Shown: piece by piece, positions 44,997 to 53,849 of the stretch
Layout of the letters: each line of letters opens with the position of its first letter
How positions within the stretch are numbered: position 1 is the first letter of the stretch
From: Eshraghiella crossota
GTDB taxonomy: Bacteria > Bacillota > Clostridia > Christensenellales > CAG-917
Assembly: GCA_963590075.1 (NCBI GenBank)
Contig: CAVANK010000004.1
Span: 18,670-82,669, forward strand
DNA length: 64,000 nucleotides
Direction of reading: 5' to 3'
Position numbers and translations under genes: made by a program
Notes under the pieces: generated by a model
Databases searched by the model: none
Told to the model about the DNA's origin: nothing
The model's input: the letters and a program-made list of their open reading frames with translations, nothing else

Positions 44997-45570
44997 TGGC
45001 TGTGCGGTAGAGAGACTAAAATTTATTGCAATAAAAGAAAGACACGCAAATGAAAATGCGTGTCTTTCGTAAGCTTGCAATAAAATAAAGGTAATAAACA
45101 TCATAGATTGAATAAAGAGCGAGAAAAAGCCCCTTGGGCGACAACCCTCACCTAAAAAGGAACGGAAAAACACCAAACAGACAATCTTGCGAAACTGTGG
45201 CAGGAGTTTTTGTCCGTGCTTGAACCGATAGCAAAAGATTGGCTGTGCGGTAGAGAGACTAAAATTTATTGCAATAAAAGAAAGACACGCAAATGAAAAT
45301 GCGTGTCTTTCGTAAGCTTGCAATAAAATAAAGGTAATAAACATCATAGATTGAATAAAGAGCGAGAAAAAGCCCCTTGGGCGACAACCCTCACCTAAAA
45401 AGGAACGGAAAAACACCAAACAGACAATCTTGCGAAACTGTGGCAGGAGTTTTTGTCCGTGCTTGAACCGATAGCAAAAGATTGGCTGTGCGGTAGAGAG
45501 ACTAAAATTTATTGCAATAAAAGAAAGACACGCAAATGAAAATGCGTGTCTTTCGTAAGCTTGCAATAAA
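44997..45570 (-). repeat. 243-bp tandem repeat, ~2.4 copies, each carrying a copy of the rpsR terminator
   Basis: TGGCTGTGCGGTAGAGAGAC at 44997, 45240 and 45483. Units look near-identical by eye. Confidence 0.9.
45523..45554 (-). terminator. rho-independent terminator of rpsF-ssb-rpsR (further copies at 45280-45311 and 45037-45068)
   Basis: GAAAGACACGCA-AATGAAAA-TGCGTGTCTTTC with a T-run on the minus strand. Confidence 0.85.
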
Positions 45571-45572
45571 TT

Positions 45573-45821
45573 TTAGTCTGCTTTGTAAGGGAGCAAAGCC
45601 ATAACCCTTGCTCTCTTGATTGCGACTGCGAGCGTTCTTTGGTGCTTTGCGCACACACCGCTCATACGACGAGGAAGGATTTTGCCTTTCTCGGTTGTGA
45701 ATCTTTTGAGTTTTGCAGTGTCTTTGTAGTCGATGTCTTCAACATGATCTACGCAGAACATACAAACTTTCTTTTTGGGCACTCTCTTGGGTGCGCGAGG
45801 TGCTTTGATTTCTTCAGCCAT
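45573..45821 (-). CDS. rpsR: 30S ribosomal protein S18
   Basis: 82 aa, [19 protein letters not shown]...[12 protein letters not shown]. Confidence 0.95.
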   Translation of the reverse strand: MAEEIKAPRAPKRVPKKKVCMFCVDHVEDIDYKDTAKLKRFTTEKGKILPRRMSGVCAKHQRTLAVAIKRARVMALLPYKAD

Positions 45822-45838
45822 TTTTATAACTCCTTATA

Positions 45839-46222
45839 TTAGAATGGAAGGTCTTCGTCGATGGGTTTGAGATCGTCGAAATCGACGTCGTCAGAACCGT
45901 TTTCATCATTCTTTGTGGAGAGGAATTGCACTTCGTCAGCCGCAATTTCCGTCACATAACGACGAGAACCGTCTTGCGTGTCATAACTTCTCGTTTGGAT
46001 GCTTCCGCTGATTGCCGCTTTGCTACCTTTTTTGAGGTAACGTGCGCAATTGTCGGCTTGTGCTCTCCACACTACGACGGGGAGAAAATCAGTTTCTCTC
46101 TTGCCGTCTTTGGAATAACTGCGAGACACTGCAAGTGTAAATCTGCAAAATTTGATACCACTGTTCGTTGATGCCAACTCCGGATCTTTTGTCAAATTGC
46201 CGATCAAAAATACTTTGTTCAT
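45839..46222 (-). CDS. ssb: single-stranded DNA-binding protein
   Basis: MNKVFLIGNLTKDPEL OB-fold start; acidic tail ending DEDLPF. Confidence 0.93.
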   Translation of the reverse strand: MNKVFLIGNLTKDPELASTNSGIKFCRFTLAVSRSYSKDGKRETDFLPVVVWRAQADNCARYLKKGSKAAISGSIQTRSYDTQDGSRRYVTEIAADEVQFLSTKNDENGSDDVDFDDLKPIDEDLPF

Positions 46223-46240
46223 AGTTTTTCTCCTTATCGA

Positions 46241-46522
46241 TTACTTCTTGATGATCATTTGTCTAACGACGTTCTCGTCGTTGCGCATGTATCTGTCAAG
46301 TTCTGCTTGGGCTTCTTTGGTGCAAGTGACGTTCATAAGAACGTAGTAGCCTTCGTTTTGCTTATTGATTTCGTAAGCAAACTTTCTCAAACCCCATTTG
46401 TCCAAACCGTCTACCGTGCCGCCGAGAGTTGCAACCAAGTTTTCGAATTTTTCTACGACTTGGTTCTTCTTATCGTCGTCAACGTCGCAACGAATGATGT
46501 AGAGAACCTCATACTTATCCAT
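46241..46522 (-). CDS. rpsF: 30S ribosomal protein S6
   Basis: 93 aa, MDKYEVLYIIR...WGLRKFAYEI. Confidence 0.93.
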   Translation of the reverse strand: MDKYEVLYIIRCDVDDDKKNQVVEKFENLVATLGGTVDGLDKWGLRKFAYEINKQNEGYYVLMNVTCTKEAQAELDRYMRNDENVVRQMIIKK

Positions 46523-46801
46523 ACTTTTTTTACCTCCTTTTGGTCTTGTGTCCCTTGCGGGAAAGGAATATGCATCTCTTTGATGCCTTGTTATAATATA
46601 TTAAATATTTATATTTGTAAAGCAAATAAACCAAAAATGGCGCGGAATTAATTATTTAACGGGGCGGAATTAATAATTATGAATAAGCAATTAATAATTA
46701 ATAATTGAGGGTGGGACACCCACACCCGAGCAAAAGTCGTCGCTGTGGCAAAGACAACTCACAAGTTCATTGTCTACTGCCACGCTAGTCTTATTGCTCT
46801 G

Positions 46802-47147
46802 CTACCGCGCAATCGATACACGCTATCAGTATAGTAAGGATAAAAACTCCCGCCACAGTTTCGCTATATCACTTGCTTGGTTTTTGCGGCTAACGCCTAG
46901 ATTGCCACGCTTGCGCTCCACGGTGATTGTGCGCTGACAGCGCAAGCCTACGGCTTTTATTTGCATAAATGCAAATTCAATCACTCCAAAAATATCATCG
47001 TTCGGAAACCCTTGCAAGCAAGTTTCCTCACTCGACATTGGCGCAATGACGATATGGTGGGACACCCACACCCGATTTACATTTCTCCTTATGTCATTCC
47101 GAGGAGCAACGAATGTTGCAACGTGGGAATCCAGCGTAGCGAAATAT
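46802..47147 (-). repeat. family-C arm, right copy
   Basis: Reverse complement of the left arm, except that the ~40-bp AATGAC...GTCATT core (47045-47098) keeps plus-strand orientation. Confidence 0.85.
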
Positions 47148-47381
47148 CGAATAAGGCTTCGCCTTCCAAAATTATTAATTATTAATTATTAATTATTAAT
47201 TTACGGGTGGGACACCCACACCCGAATGAATAATTGTTCTTGCTATTCAACCCACCCGCTTTATGTTGTTTTAAGAAATTCTTTATTTTTTATTTAGACC
47301 TTTTTTATTGCGCGGTTGTATTATAATAGCGTCGTTAGGATAACGGCAGTATATCGTGGAAAACAACAAGGAGAAATAAAA

Positions 47382-48458
47382 ATGAAAAAGACAGTTATTG
47401 CAATTCTTTCAGTCGTTCTCGTTCTTTCGCTCTCTATGGTAGCACTCGTAGCGTGTAACAAAGACGAGGAGACAAAAGCGTCCAATACGGAAGTTTTGGG
47501 TACGGCAGTAGCAGTTGCGGCACAATCCGCAATGGGTGGCACATCCGCTTCTTCGGCTGCAGAAGACAGTTCGGCAAACGATGATTTCCAGGCGGGCGTC
47601 AACCTCACGGTCGGAGACGGCGCAATTGACCTTGCGGCAGGCGCAAGCATCAAGGGCATCGGCGCGGCGGTTGAACCCATTCTCGAAAAGACCATTTCAC
47701 AAGTGGACCAATTCCTCGGTGAAAACGGCATCAAGGTCGAAAAGGGCACAAGCGACAAAGAAGGCTACACCGACAAGCTCACCGTCAGCGGAACTTACGT
47801 TGACGAAAAGACGGGTGAAAGCACCACTTACGAATACGCGCTTTACGTGGGCGTTCAAGGCGGAGACGGTATCGACGGCAAGAAGGACTATACATTCAAC
47901 GCACTCGTTGTTATCCCCACCGATAGCGATCCTATCGAATACGAATTTAGCGGTACTGCAACTTACGATTCGAGCAAAGACGCGATGATCTTCAACCTCG
48001 GCGCAGACGTGCAAGCAACTTATGCAAACGCATTTGCAGGCATTAAAGCATACGCAACCAAGGCCGGCACGATCGTAGTTGAACTCAATGCAGGCGCAGG
48101 TGTTACGGAATCTATCGTTGCAAACGCAAGCGTATCCGTCGAATTCGGCAAACTCGATGAGAATAGATACGGCGCAGTCGTCACAGTCAACGGCACGGCA
48201 ACAGTCGCAGGTTATGGTGTGAACTTCAACGTCACTGCAAACGTCTATGCAAACAGCACCGAAAGCGCAACAGATTTTGACATCAACGGCAAATTCGAAG
48301 CAACGATTGCTCTTCCGAACGTCCCCGTCGTCGGCGGAACATACAAAGCAACGGCAGATTTGAGCGGTAAGGCAAAATACATTGTCGAAGACGACAACCT
48401 CGAAGTCGGTCTCACCGGCAACGTGGCTTTCACAAAAGTCGAAGAAGAAAACAAATAA
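47382..48458 (+). CDS. lipoprotein, function unknown (Ala/Gly/Thr-rich)
   Basis: AAGGAG RBS. MKKTVIAILSVVLVLSLSMVALVAC signal peptide plus lipobox. The track ORF starts at 47316. Confidence 0.6.
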   Translation: MKKTVIAILSVVLVLSLSMVALVACNKDEETKASNTEVLGTAVAVAAQSAMGGTSASSAAEDSSANDDFQAGVNLTVGDGAIDLAAGASIKGIGAAVEPILEKTISQVDQFLGENGIKVEKGTSDKEGYTDKLTVSGTYVDEKTGESTTYEYALYVGVQGGDGIDGKKDYTFNALVVIPTDSDPIEYEFSGTATYDSSKDAMIFNLGADVQATYANAFAGIKAYATKAGTIVVELNAGAGVTESIVANASVSVEFGKLDENRYGAVVTVNGTATVAGYGVNFNVTANVYANSTESATDFDINGKFEATIALPNVPVVGGTYKATADLSGKAKYIVEDDNLEVGLTGNVAFTKVEEENK

Positions 48459-48482
48459 TCTTCAAAGATCACCTAAAAACGC

Positions 48483-48514
48483 AAAAAACCTCTACCAATC
48501 GTAGAGGTTTTTTC
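48483..48514 (+). terminator. rho-independent terminator
   Basis: AACCTCTAC-CAATC-GTAGAGGTT-TTTT. Confidence 0.85.
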
Positions 48515-48570
48515 GTGCCCGTTTTGGCACAATTCGGCGCTTATTTTGACATAATTTTTATCGAATTTCT

Positions 48571-48650
48571 TGCGTTTTTTGCGTGTTTTTTGCGTGTTTT
48601 TTGCGTGTTTTTTGCGTGTTTTTTGCGTGTTTTTCGCACGTTTTTTGCAT
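48571..48650. repeat. 11-bp tandem repeat with phased T-tracts (~7 units)
   Basis: (GCGTGTTTTTT)n; unit starts at 48581, 48592, 48603, 48614, 48625 and 48636. Confidence 0.85.
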
Positions 48651-48704
48651 CGTCTTTGAGTTTTTTATGTTTTTTTGCAAAAAAGCATAAAGAAAAAGCG
48701 CAAT

Positions 48705-49262
48705 TTATTGCGCTTTGGTTTTGTCGAGAAGTTTTTTGATTTTCTTTTTTGCGGAATAAATCGTGTTGTCCACTTTCTTTTGTTCTATACCCAGTTCTTT
48801 TGCAATTTCGGCGTAACTCATACACTCTATGTGCAGTTTAAGCACCTCGAATTCCGTGGGGGTGAGGGTGGACGCGATTGCGTCGAGAAGAAGGGAAGAC
48901 GCCTCGTTTTCAAGCAATAAATTTTCGGGATTTGCGTCTGCGTTTTGGAAATTGTCTTCGAGATTGACTTCTTCTACTTTGCTTGACGACTTTCTCGTGG
49001 CGTCTACTATCGCATTTTTGACGCACCTTGACGCATACGTTTTGAAGGACGCGCCCGCACTTTGGTCGTAGGTACGTATTGCGCGGATAAGCCCGAGCAT
49101 ACCGTATCCCGCAAGGTCGTCCGTGTCCGCAACGCCCGTCGCTCCGAAGGAACGCGCAATGGATTTGGTAAGATTGAGATAGCTCAAAGCGACGGCGTTT
49201 TCTGCCGTCAAATCACCTTGTTGTGCTTTGAGTATAAGTTGGTTTTCTTGCTCTTTATTCAT
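48705..49262 (-). CDS. sigH: sigma-70-family sigma factor, SigH-like by sequence pattern and gene order
   Basis: Region 2 (GMLGLIRAIRTYD..FKTYASRCVKNAI) and region 4 (LTPTEFEVLKLHIECMSYAEIAKELG). Lies downstream of mrnC-rlmB, matching the Bacillus subtilis yazC-yacO-yacP-sigH order. Confidence 0.7.
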   Translation of the reverse strand: MNKEQENQLILKAQQGDLTAENAVALSYLNLTKSIARSFGATGVADTDDLAGYGMLGLIRAIRTYDQSAGASFKTYASRCVKNAIVDATRKSSSKVEEVNLEDNFQNADANPENLLLENEASSLLLDAIASTLTPTEFEVLKLHIECMSYAEIAKELGIEQKKVDNTIYSAKKKIKKLLDKTKAQ

Positions 49263-49349
49263 GGTTTTATTGTATGTTCTTATTCGAAGACGGAAGCAAA
49301 TCCGCCGTCCGCGAACTTGTAGAGCGGACTAATTGACGAACACTTATTA

Positions 49350-49640
49350 AAGGCGTACTTATAAACGGTATGTGTCCATTCGGAGCTTCGAGTCGCAAGG
49401 CGGCGAGCCTGTCGAGCGTCGAGGTTGACGGTTGTACACGCGACTGCGCCATGTTGTTGCTTAGCGGCGCACAAAGCGCGTGACATAATCAGTGCACGAT
49501 ACTTATCTATCCGAAGACCGAGTGTTGCCCCCTGCGGAGCAGTTCCGTGGGTTCCCTCAAGCAACGCGCAGAGGGGGAACGGAATAGGGGAAACACATGA
49601 GGAAGGGGGAAGTTGCATTTAAGAAGTTATGACAACGGGT
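49350..49640 (+). repeat. family-F-related repeat, long copy F3, between rlmB and sigH
   Basis: ACGGTATGTGTCCATTCGGAGCTTCGAGTCGCAAGG and GAGGAAGGGGGAAGTTGCATTTAAGAAGTTATGACAACGG match the F1/F2 ends, with ~190 bp of extra internal sequence. Confidence 0.7.
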
Positions 49641-49648
49641 GCAAAGTT

Positions 49649-50371
49649 TTATCTTCTTTGTCTTACAGCCTCGTATAACACAATTCCCGCTGCGACGGAG
49701 GCATTGAGAGAATTGACTTTGCCGTATTGCGGAATGGTCAACGTATCGTCGCAAAGGTCTTTGGTGAGGCGGTGAATCCCCTCGCCCTCACTGCCGATGA
49801 CGATTGCGAGATTTCCGTTGAGATTTGCCTCTTTCGGGGGTTTACCGTCAAAATCCGTCGCATAAACCCATACGTTTTGCTCTTTGAGCATTCTTATGGT
49901 GTCGTTGATATTGGTGACTTTTGCAATGAGCGTATGCTCCGTCGCACCGCAAGCGACCTTGACCACGGTGTCGTTGACGCTTACGCTCCTATGCTTGGGT
50001 ATGACTATGCCGTGCGCACCGAAGCACTCCGCGCTACGAATAATCGCGCCGAGGTTGTGCGGATCGGTTATACCGTCCAAAATCACTATGAGAAGAGGCT
50101 CGTCCTTTTGCTTTGCAAGGTTGATTATGTCCTCGACGTCGCAGTATTCGAAGTCCGTGACGGAAGCAACTACGCCTTGGTGATTTCCGCCCGCGGCGAG
50201 TTTATCGAGCATGTTTTTGTCAACATAACTCACCACCGTGCGCGCTTCTTTTGCGAGTTTATGCACGGAAGAAAGCATGGGATCGAATTCACCCTTTTGC
50301 ATAAAAAGTTTGTCGACGGTCTTGCCTGCGCGATAGGCTTCTTTTACGGGATTGCGTCCATAGATATACAT
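49649..50371 (-). CDS. rlmB: 23S rRNA (guanosine-2'-O)-methyltransferase, RlmB/YacO type (SpoU/TrmH family)
   Basis: 240 aa. Substrate-binding N-terminal domain plus SpoU motifs (LDGITDPHNLGAIIRSA, IVIGSEGEGI, NSLNASVAAGI). Confidence 0.85.
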   Translation of the reverse strand: MYIYGRNPVKEAYRAGKTVDKLFMQKGEFDPMLSSVHKLAKEARTVVSYVDKNMLDKLAAGGNHQGVVASVTDFEYCDVEDIINLAKQKDEPLLIVILDGITDPHNLGAIIRSAECFGAHGIVIPKHRSVSVNDTVVKVACGATEHTLIAKVTNINDTIRMLKEQNVWVYATDFDGKPPKEANLNGNLAIVIGSEGEGIHRLTKDLCDDTLTIPQYGKVNSLNASVAAGIVLYEAVRQRR

Positions 50372-50383
50372 AGCGTGTCCTCT

Positions 50384-50809
50384 TTATCTTTCGATATTAT
50401 CTTCGAAGCATACGGACAAAAACTCGTTGAGTCGAGCGGTGTTGCCCGTGAGATACAAATATCCGAGTACCGCCTCAAAACCGCTTGCTCTGCGATATTC
50501 GCTCATTTCGGCGTGTTTTGCGCTCGTTTGCACCTTGCAATTGCGCGCTCTGCGGAAGACGTCTTGTTCCTCCTCGTCAAAGAGCGGAAGAAGTTTTTCC
50601 GCTTCGGCGGCTTGGGAGACCGCTTTGACCACTTTGATGACTTCGTGATGCAACGCGCCCGTCTTTTGGGTAGAGCCGATGGTAACGCGAGTGCGCGTAT
50701 ATAGTGATTGCACGGCATCTCCGACGAAAGCCAAAGCCATCGGGTGAAGCGCAAGTGCGTCTTGTTTGGATATAGGCGTTTGTATACTGAAAATAGAATT
50801 GTCGCTCAT
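50384..50809 (-). CDS. mrnC: Mini-ribonuclease 3
   Basis: ALAFVGDAVQSLYTR signature. Start uncertain: candidate ATGs at 50809 and 50818, TTG at 50845. A TTGTCA-17-TGATAAAAT promoter overlaps 50818, which favours 50809 as a leaderless start. Confidence 0.75.
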   Translation of the reverse strand: MSDNSIFSIQTPISKQDALALHPMALAFVGDAVQSLYTRTRVTIGSTQKTGALHHEVIKVVKAVSQAAEAEKLLPLFDEEEQDVFRRARNCKVQTSAKHAEMSEYRRASGFEAVLGYLYLTGNTARLNEFLSVCFEDNIER

Positions 50810-50898
50810 AACTTGCATTTTATCACATAAAGTAAAGATTGACAATAAACAATTATAATAATAAAATATTTATATAAACCAAACGAGAAGGTAGTCTT

Positions 50899-53205
50899 AT
50901 GAAGAGAAGATCCGCGATTTTCAAAGTTTCGCTAATCGCAATTATGATTGCGATATTGTGCGTTATGCTCAGTGCGTGCGGACTTATAGATGCACTCAAA
51001 GCCATAACCCACGCGGACGTTTATGCGATTGACGGTCTGGAAAGCGGAGAAAACGACGTATACGTTGCGTATCTCGGCAAAGAGTTTACGTTGGGCGTCA
51101 GGTGGTACAACGCAAGAGTGACGTCGCCCGATATCGAGTGGCGTATGTCCGTAGACGAGGGTGAAGAAACGACCATAGCAACCGATCAAAAGACGCTTTC
51201 TTGGACGTACAAGCGCGCGGATCTCGGCAAAACGTATACGATCTACGCCGTTGTCAACAAGGTCAAAGCGTCGAGTGTCAAAATCACGCCCGCAGAAGCG
51301 CCTCTATCGCAACCTTCGATTACGAGTTCCACTCATACCGTCGTGGACGGCAAAATCCAACAAAACAGACTGCAAGAATTGTCCTCTATCGTGCTTTCGG
51401 TAAGTTGGAACGAGGAAGATATCTCGCAAGAACTTGAAATTCAAGTCAAATGGTATGTCGACGGTGCGTTGTCGGCGGAGAACGCAAGAGAATTCTCATA
51501 CGATGCAAAAACGCTCGTCACCAAAGACTGCAACGTCGTGATAAGCGTCGTTATCGGCTATCAAAACGGGGAGGACACGATTGCCAAAGGCGCAAGCGTA
51601 ACGCTCGTGTTCGTATCCGAATACGACCTTGTTTCGTCCGTAAAAGTATTGCCGTACGAAGAGGGCGGAAAACTCAAACGAGTCACGACCGACACCTATT
51701 ATCTTACGGGTGAAGCCGATGCGGTCAATACGGCAAAACTCACAACTTCGCTTGCCCCGGACAGCGCGTATCAAAGCGCAAAGTGCGAGTGGACGTTGCG
51801 TAGCGGTGACACCGTCCAAACTCTCGAAGAGACGGACAGAACGGCGGATATTCAACTTGCCTATGGCAAAAACGTTGTTACAGCAAGTATCGGCAACGTG
51901 CAAAGCAGACAAATCATTGTGTACGTAATGTCATACGATTTTACCGAAATTCCGACGGATATCGAGAGTGCGATGACGGACAAATTTGTGTGGAAAGGCA
52001 ACTCCTACGACAAATATATTTCCTCGCAATACGATTTGAACGCTTGCGTGGCAAGTGCCGTCGCAATGCACAAAATAGATACGGGCTATCAAATGTACGT
52101 CGGTCGTGCGGATTGGCGCAACAGTGAAAACTTTGTAAAACAATGCTCCGTCGCAATGAAGCAAGGCAACGACGAATCCGGCTCGTTCTCATATACCGTG
52201 TCGGTGGAGGGAACTACGGCAACGTTGACATTCAAGTCAGCAACGCAATTCGGTATTCCGAGCGGAGCGTACTCCAACCCGGACGAGTCGACTCAAGCAA
52301 AAGTGTTTTTGAGATATAGCGAGCAAAGCGTCAAGCGCACGTCATTGCCTGTGGACGATTTTGAGGAGACGGTGGACGTTTACAACTCAAACGACCTCTA
52401 TCGCGCGGTATCTTTCGGATATAAACCTATTTTCGTAGGCGACAATGCCGAAAAGTTGCAAGCGTTGTACGACAAGGCAAGAGAAGTGCTTATCAACTAC
52501 ATATCCGACGATATGACGGAAGTTGAAAAGGTTGCCGTGATTTACGACTGGATAGTCTACAACGTAGAATACGACCATGCAGTCGCAAACCTTTCAAGCG
52601 AAACCAACGCCAGCGGTTACAATGCATTCTATCTCGAAGGCGTGTTTGACGACAACAGAGCGGTGTGCGACGGCAAGTCCAAAGCGTTTGCGCTCCTTTG
52701 CGGTATGGAAGGCATAAGGGCGTTGCGCATAACGGGTGAAGCGCTTACGGGCGGAGCGTACGGCGGACACGCTTGGAACAAGGTTCTCGTAGACGCCAAC
52801 GACGACGGCGTGAGAGAGTGGTACGTCGTGGATACGACGTGGGGCGACGCCGCGGTGCAGACAAGCGAGGGCGTGTGGGACGAATACCTCACGTATTCCT
52901 ACTTCTTGCGCACGGATGCGGATATGGCAAGCACGCACAAGAGCGATATGGAACAACCCGTTGCCGACACCGTTTACGATACGTACAAGAACACCTTTGT
53001 CACCGTAGCGGGACAACAAATCTGTATGTACGTAAGGACGGCGGCGGAACTCAACGCCTTGCTTGCGTATAGCAAAGCCAACGGAGGTATGTGCCTCAGC
53101 GTATACATCGTCGAGAGCGTAAGAGGAAGCGAAAGCTTCGGACATCTCACGCCCGTGCGTGACGGTGAATACGTGATATTTTCATCGTCGTCGGTGCCGG
53201 GCTGA
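50899..53205 (+). CDS. large lipoprotein with a C-terminal transglutaminase-like cysteine-protease core
   Basis: Signal peptide plus lipobox (VMLSACG). Cys-His-Asp core AVCDGKSKAF..GHAWNKV..VVDTTWGD. Confidence 0.75.
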   Translation: MKRRSAIFKVSLIAIMIAILCVMLSACGLIDALKAITHADVYAIDGLESGENDVYVAYLGKEFTLGVRWYNARVTSPDIEWRMSVDEGEETTIATDQKTLSWTYKRADLGKTYTIYAVVNKVKASSVKITPAEAPLSQPSITSSTHTVVDGKIQQNRLQELSSIVLSVSWNEEDISQELEIQVKWYVDGALSAENAREFSYDAKTLVTKDCNVVISVVIGYQNGEDTIAKGASVTLVFVSEYDLVSSVKVLPYEEGGKLKRVTTDTYYLTGEADAVNTAKLTTSLAPDSAYQSAKCEWTLRSGDTVQTLEETDRTADIQLAYGKNVVTASIGNVQSRQIIVYVMSYDFTEIPTDIESAMTDKFVWKGNSYDKYISSQYDLNACVASAVAMHKIDTGYQMYVGRADWRNSENFVKQCSVAMKQGNDESGSFSYTVSVEGTTATLTFKSATQFGIPSGAYSNPDESTQAKVFLRYSEQSVKRTSLPVDDFEETVDVYNSNDLYRAVSFGYKPIFVGDNAEKLQALYDKAREVLINYISDDMTEVEKVAVIYDWIVYNVEYDHAVANLSSETNASGYNAFYLEGVFDDNRAVCDGKSKAFALLCGMEGIRALRITGEALTGGAYGGHAWNKVLVDANDDGVREWYVVDTTWGDAAVQTSEGVWDEYLTYSYFLRTDADMASTHKSDMEQPVADTVYDTYKNTFVTVAGQQICMYVRTAAELNALLAYSKANGGMCLSVYIVESVRGSESFGHLTPVRDGEYVIFSSSSVPG

Positions 53206-53237
53206 TAAAACAGAGCAAAAACATATTGAAACGACAC

Positions 53238-53268
53238 AAAAAGTCCGTTGGCTTTCAACGGACTTTAA
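53238..53268. terminator. bidirectional terminator
   Basis: AAAAAGTCCGTTG-GCTTT-CAACGGACTTT. Confidence 0.8.
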
Positions 53269-53302
53269 TATTGCCTTTTGACGTTTTCGGGGACGTCGGA
53301 TA

Positions 53303-53719
53303 CTACAAATACAATCTCAACGCCTTGATGTTTTTGTCGTACGTCTTCATAAGGTCGCGCGCGAGATCGGGGACGTCGACGCCCGTTTCTTTCAATTTGT
53401 TGATGCATTTTTGCACGCTTTCTATGCCCATATTGTAGCCGTCGATAAGCATACTTGCGAGGTGCGAACAAGAGTTGTTTATGCCCGCGTTCATCTTTAC
53501 GCCCGCTTTGAGCATCATTCGTTGAATAGGATTGGTTTGCGCTTCCTCAACCTCTTTTTCGCTCAATTCTTGTTTTGCTTTTTGATAAAAATCTTCCATA
53601 ACCTCTTTTTGCGAGAGTATAAGATTTTTCATTTTGTCGCTGTCCACGTAGCAAAGAATGTTGTCTATCGACTGCGCGCCCATTGCGGTATTGCGCAAGA
53701 TCTCTCTGTAAATTTTCAT
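53303..53719 (-). CDS. helical hypothetical protein
   Basis: AAGGAG RBS before MKIYREILRNT; 138 aa; no motif recognised. Confidence 0.45.
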   Translation of the reverse strand: MKIYREILRNTAMGAQSIDNILCYVDSDKMKNLILSQKEVMEDFYQKAKQELSEKEVEEAQTNPIQRMMLKAGVKMNAGINNSCSHLASMLIDGYNMGIESVQKCINKLKETGVDVPDLARDLMKTYDKNIKALRLYL

Positions 53720-53849
53720 ATATTCTCCTTGTATTCTTTTTGCGTAGTATGTGCGCAATTTTCATTTTTATATCACGCTTTTTTCGTTCTCTCAACTTTT
53801 CGATAGCCGTTGATTTTTGGCATAAAAGGTCAAAAACAAGCATTTTTGA

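Noticed and set aside
44973-45566. 197-aa ORF on the minus strand with an internally repeated protein sequence
   Set aside because: It runs through the 243-bp tandem DNA repeat, terminator hairpins included. It has no RBS, and its periodicity simply mirrors the DNA repeat.
48515-48739. 74-aa ORF (FLRVFCVFFACFLRVF...) and the 94-aa antisense ORF at 48541-48825
   Set aside because: Both are translations of the 11-bp T-tract tandem repeat. The sequences are low-complexity, with no RBS.
49263-49648. A structured ncRNA such as RNase P, tmRNA, SRP, 6S or a group II intron fragment in the GC-rich rlmB-sigH spacer
   Set aside because: None of the hallmark sequences I know are present (the RNase P GGAAAGTCCGGGC-type P4, the tmRNA tag region, the SRP GGAA tetraloop domain, intron domain V). 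The ends match repeat family F instead.
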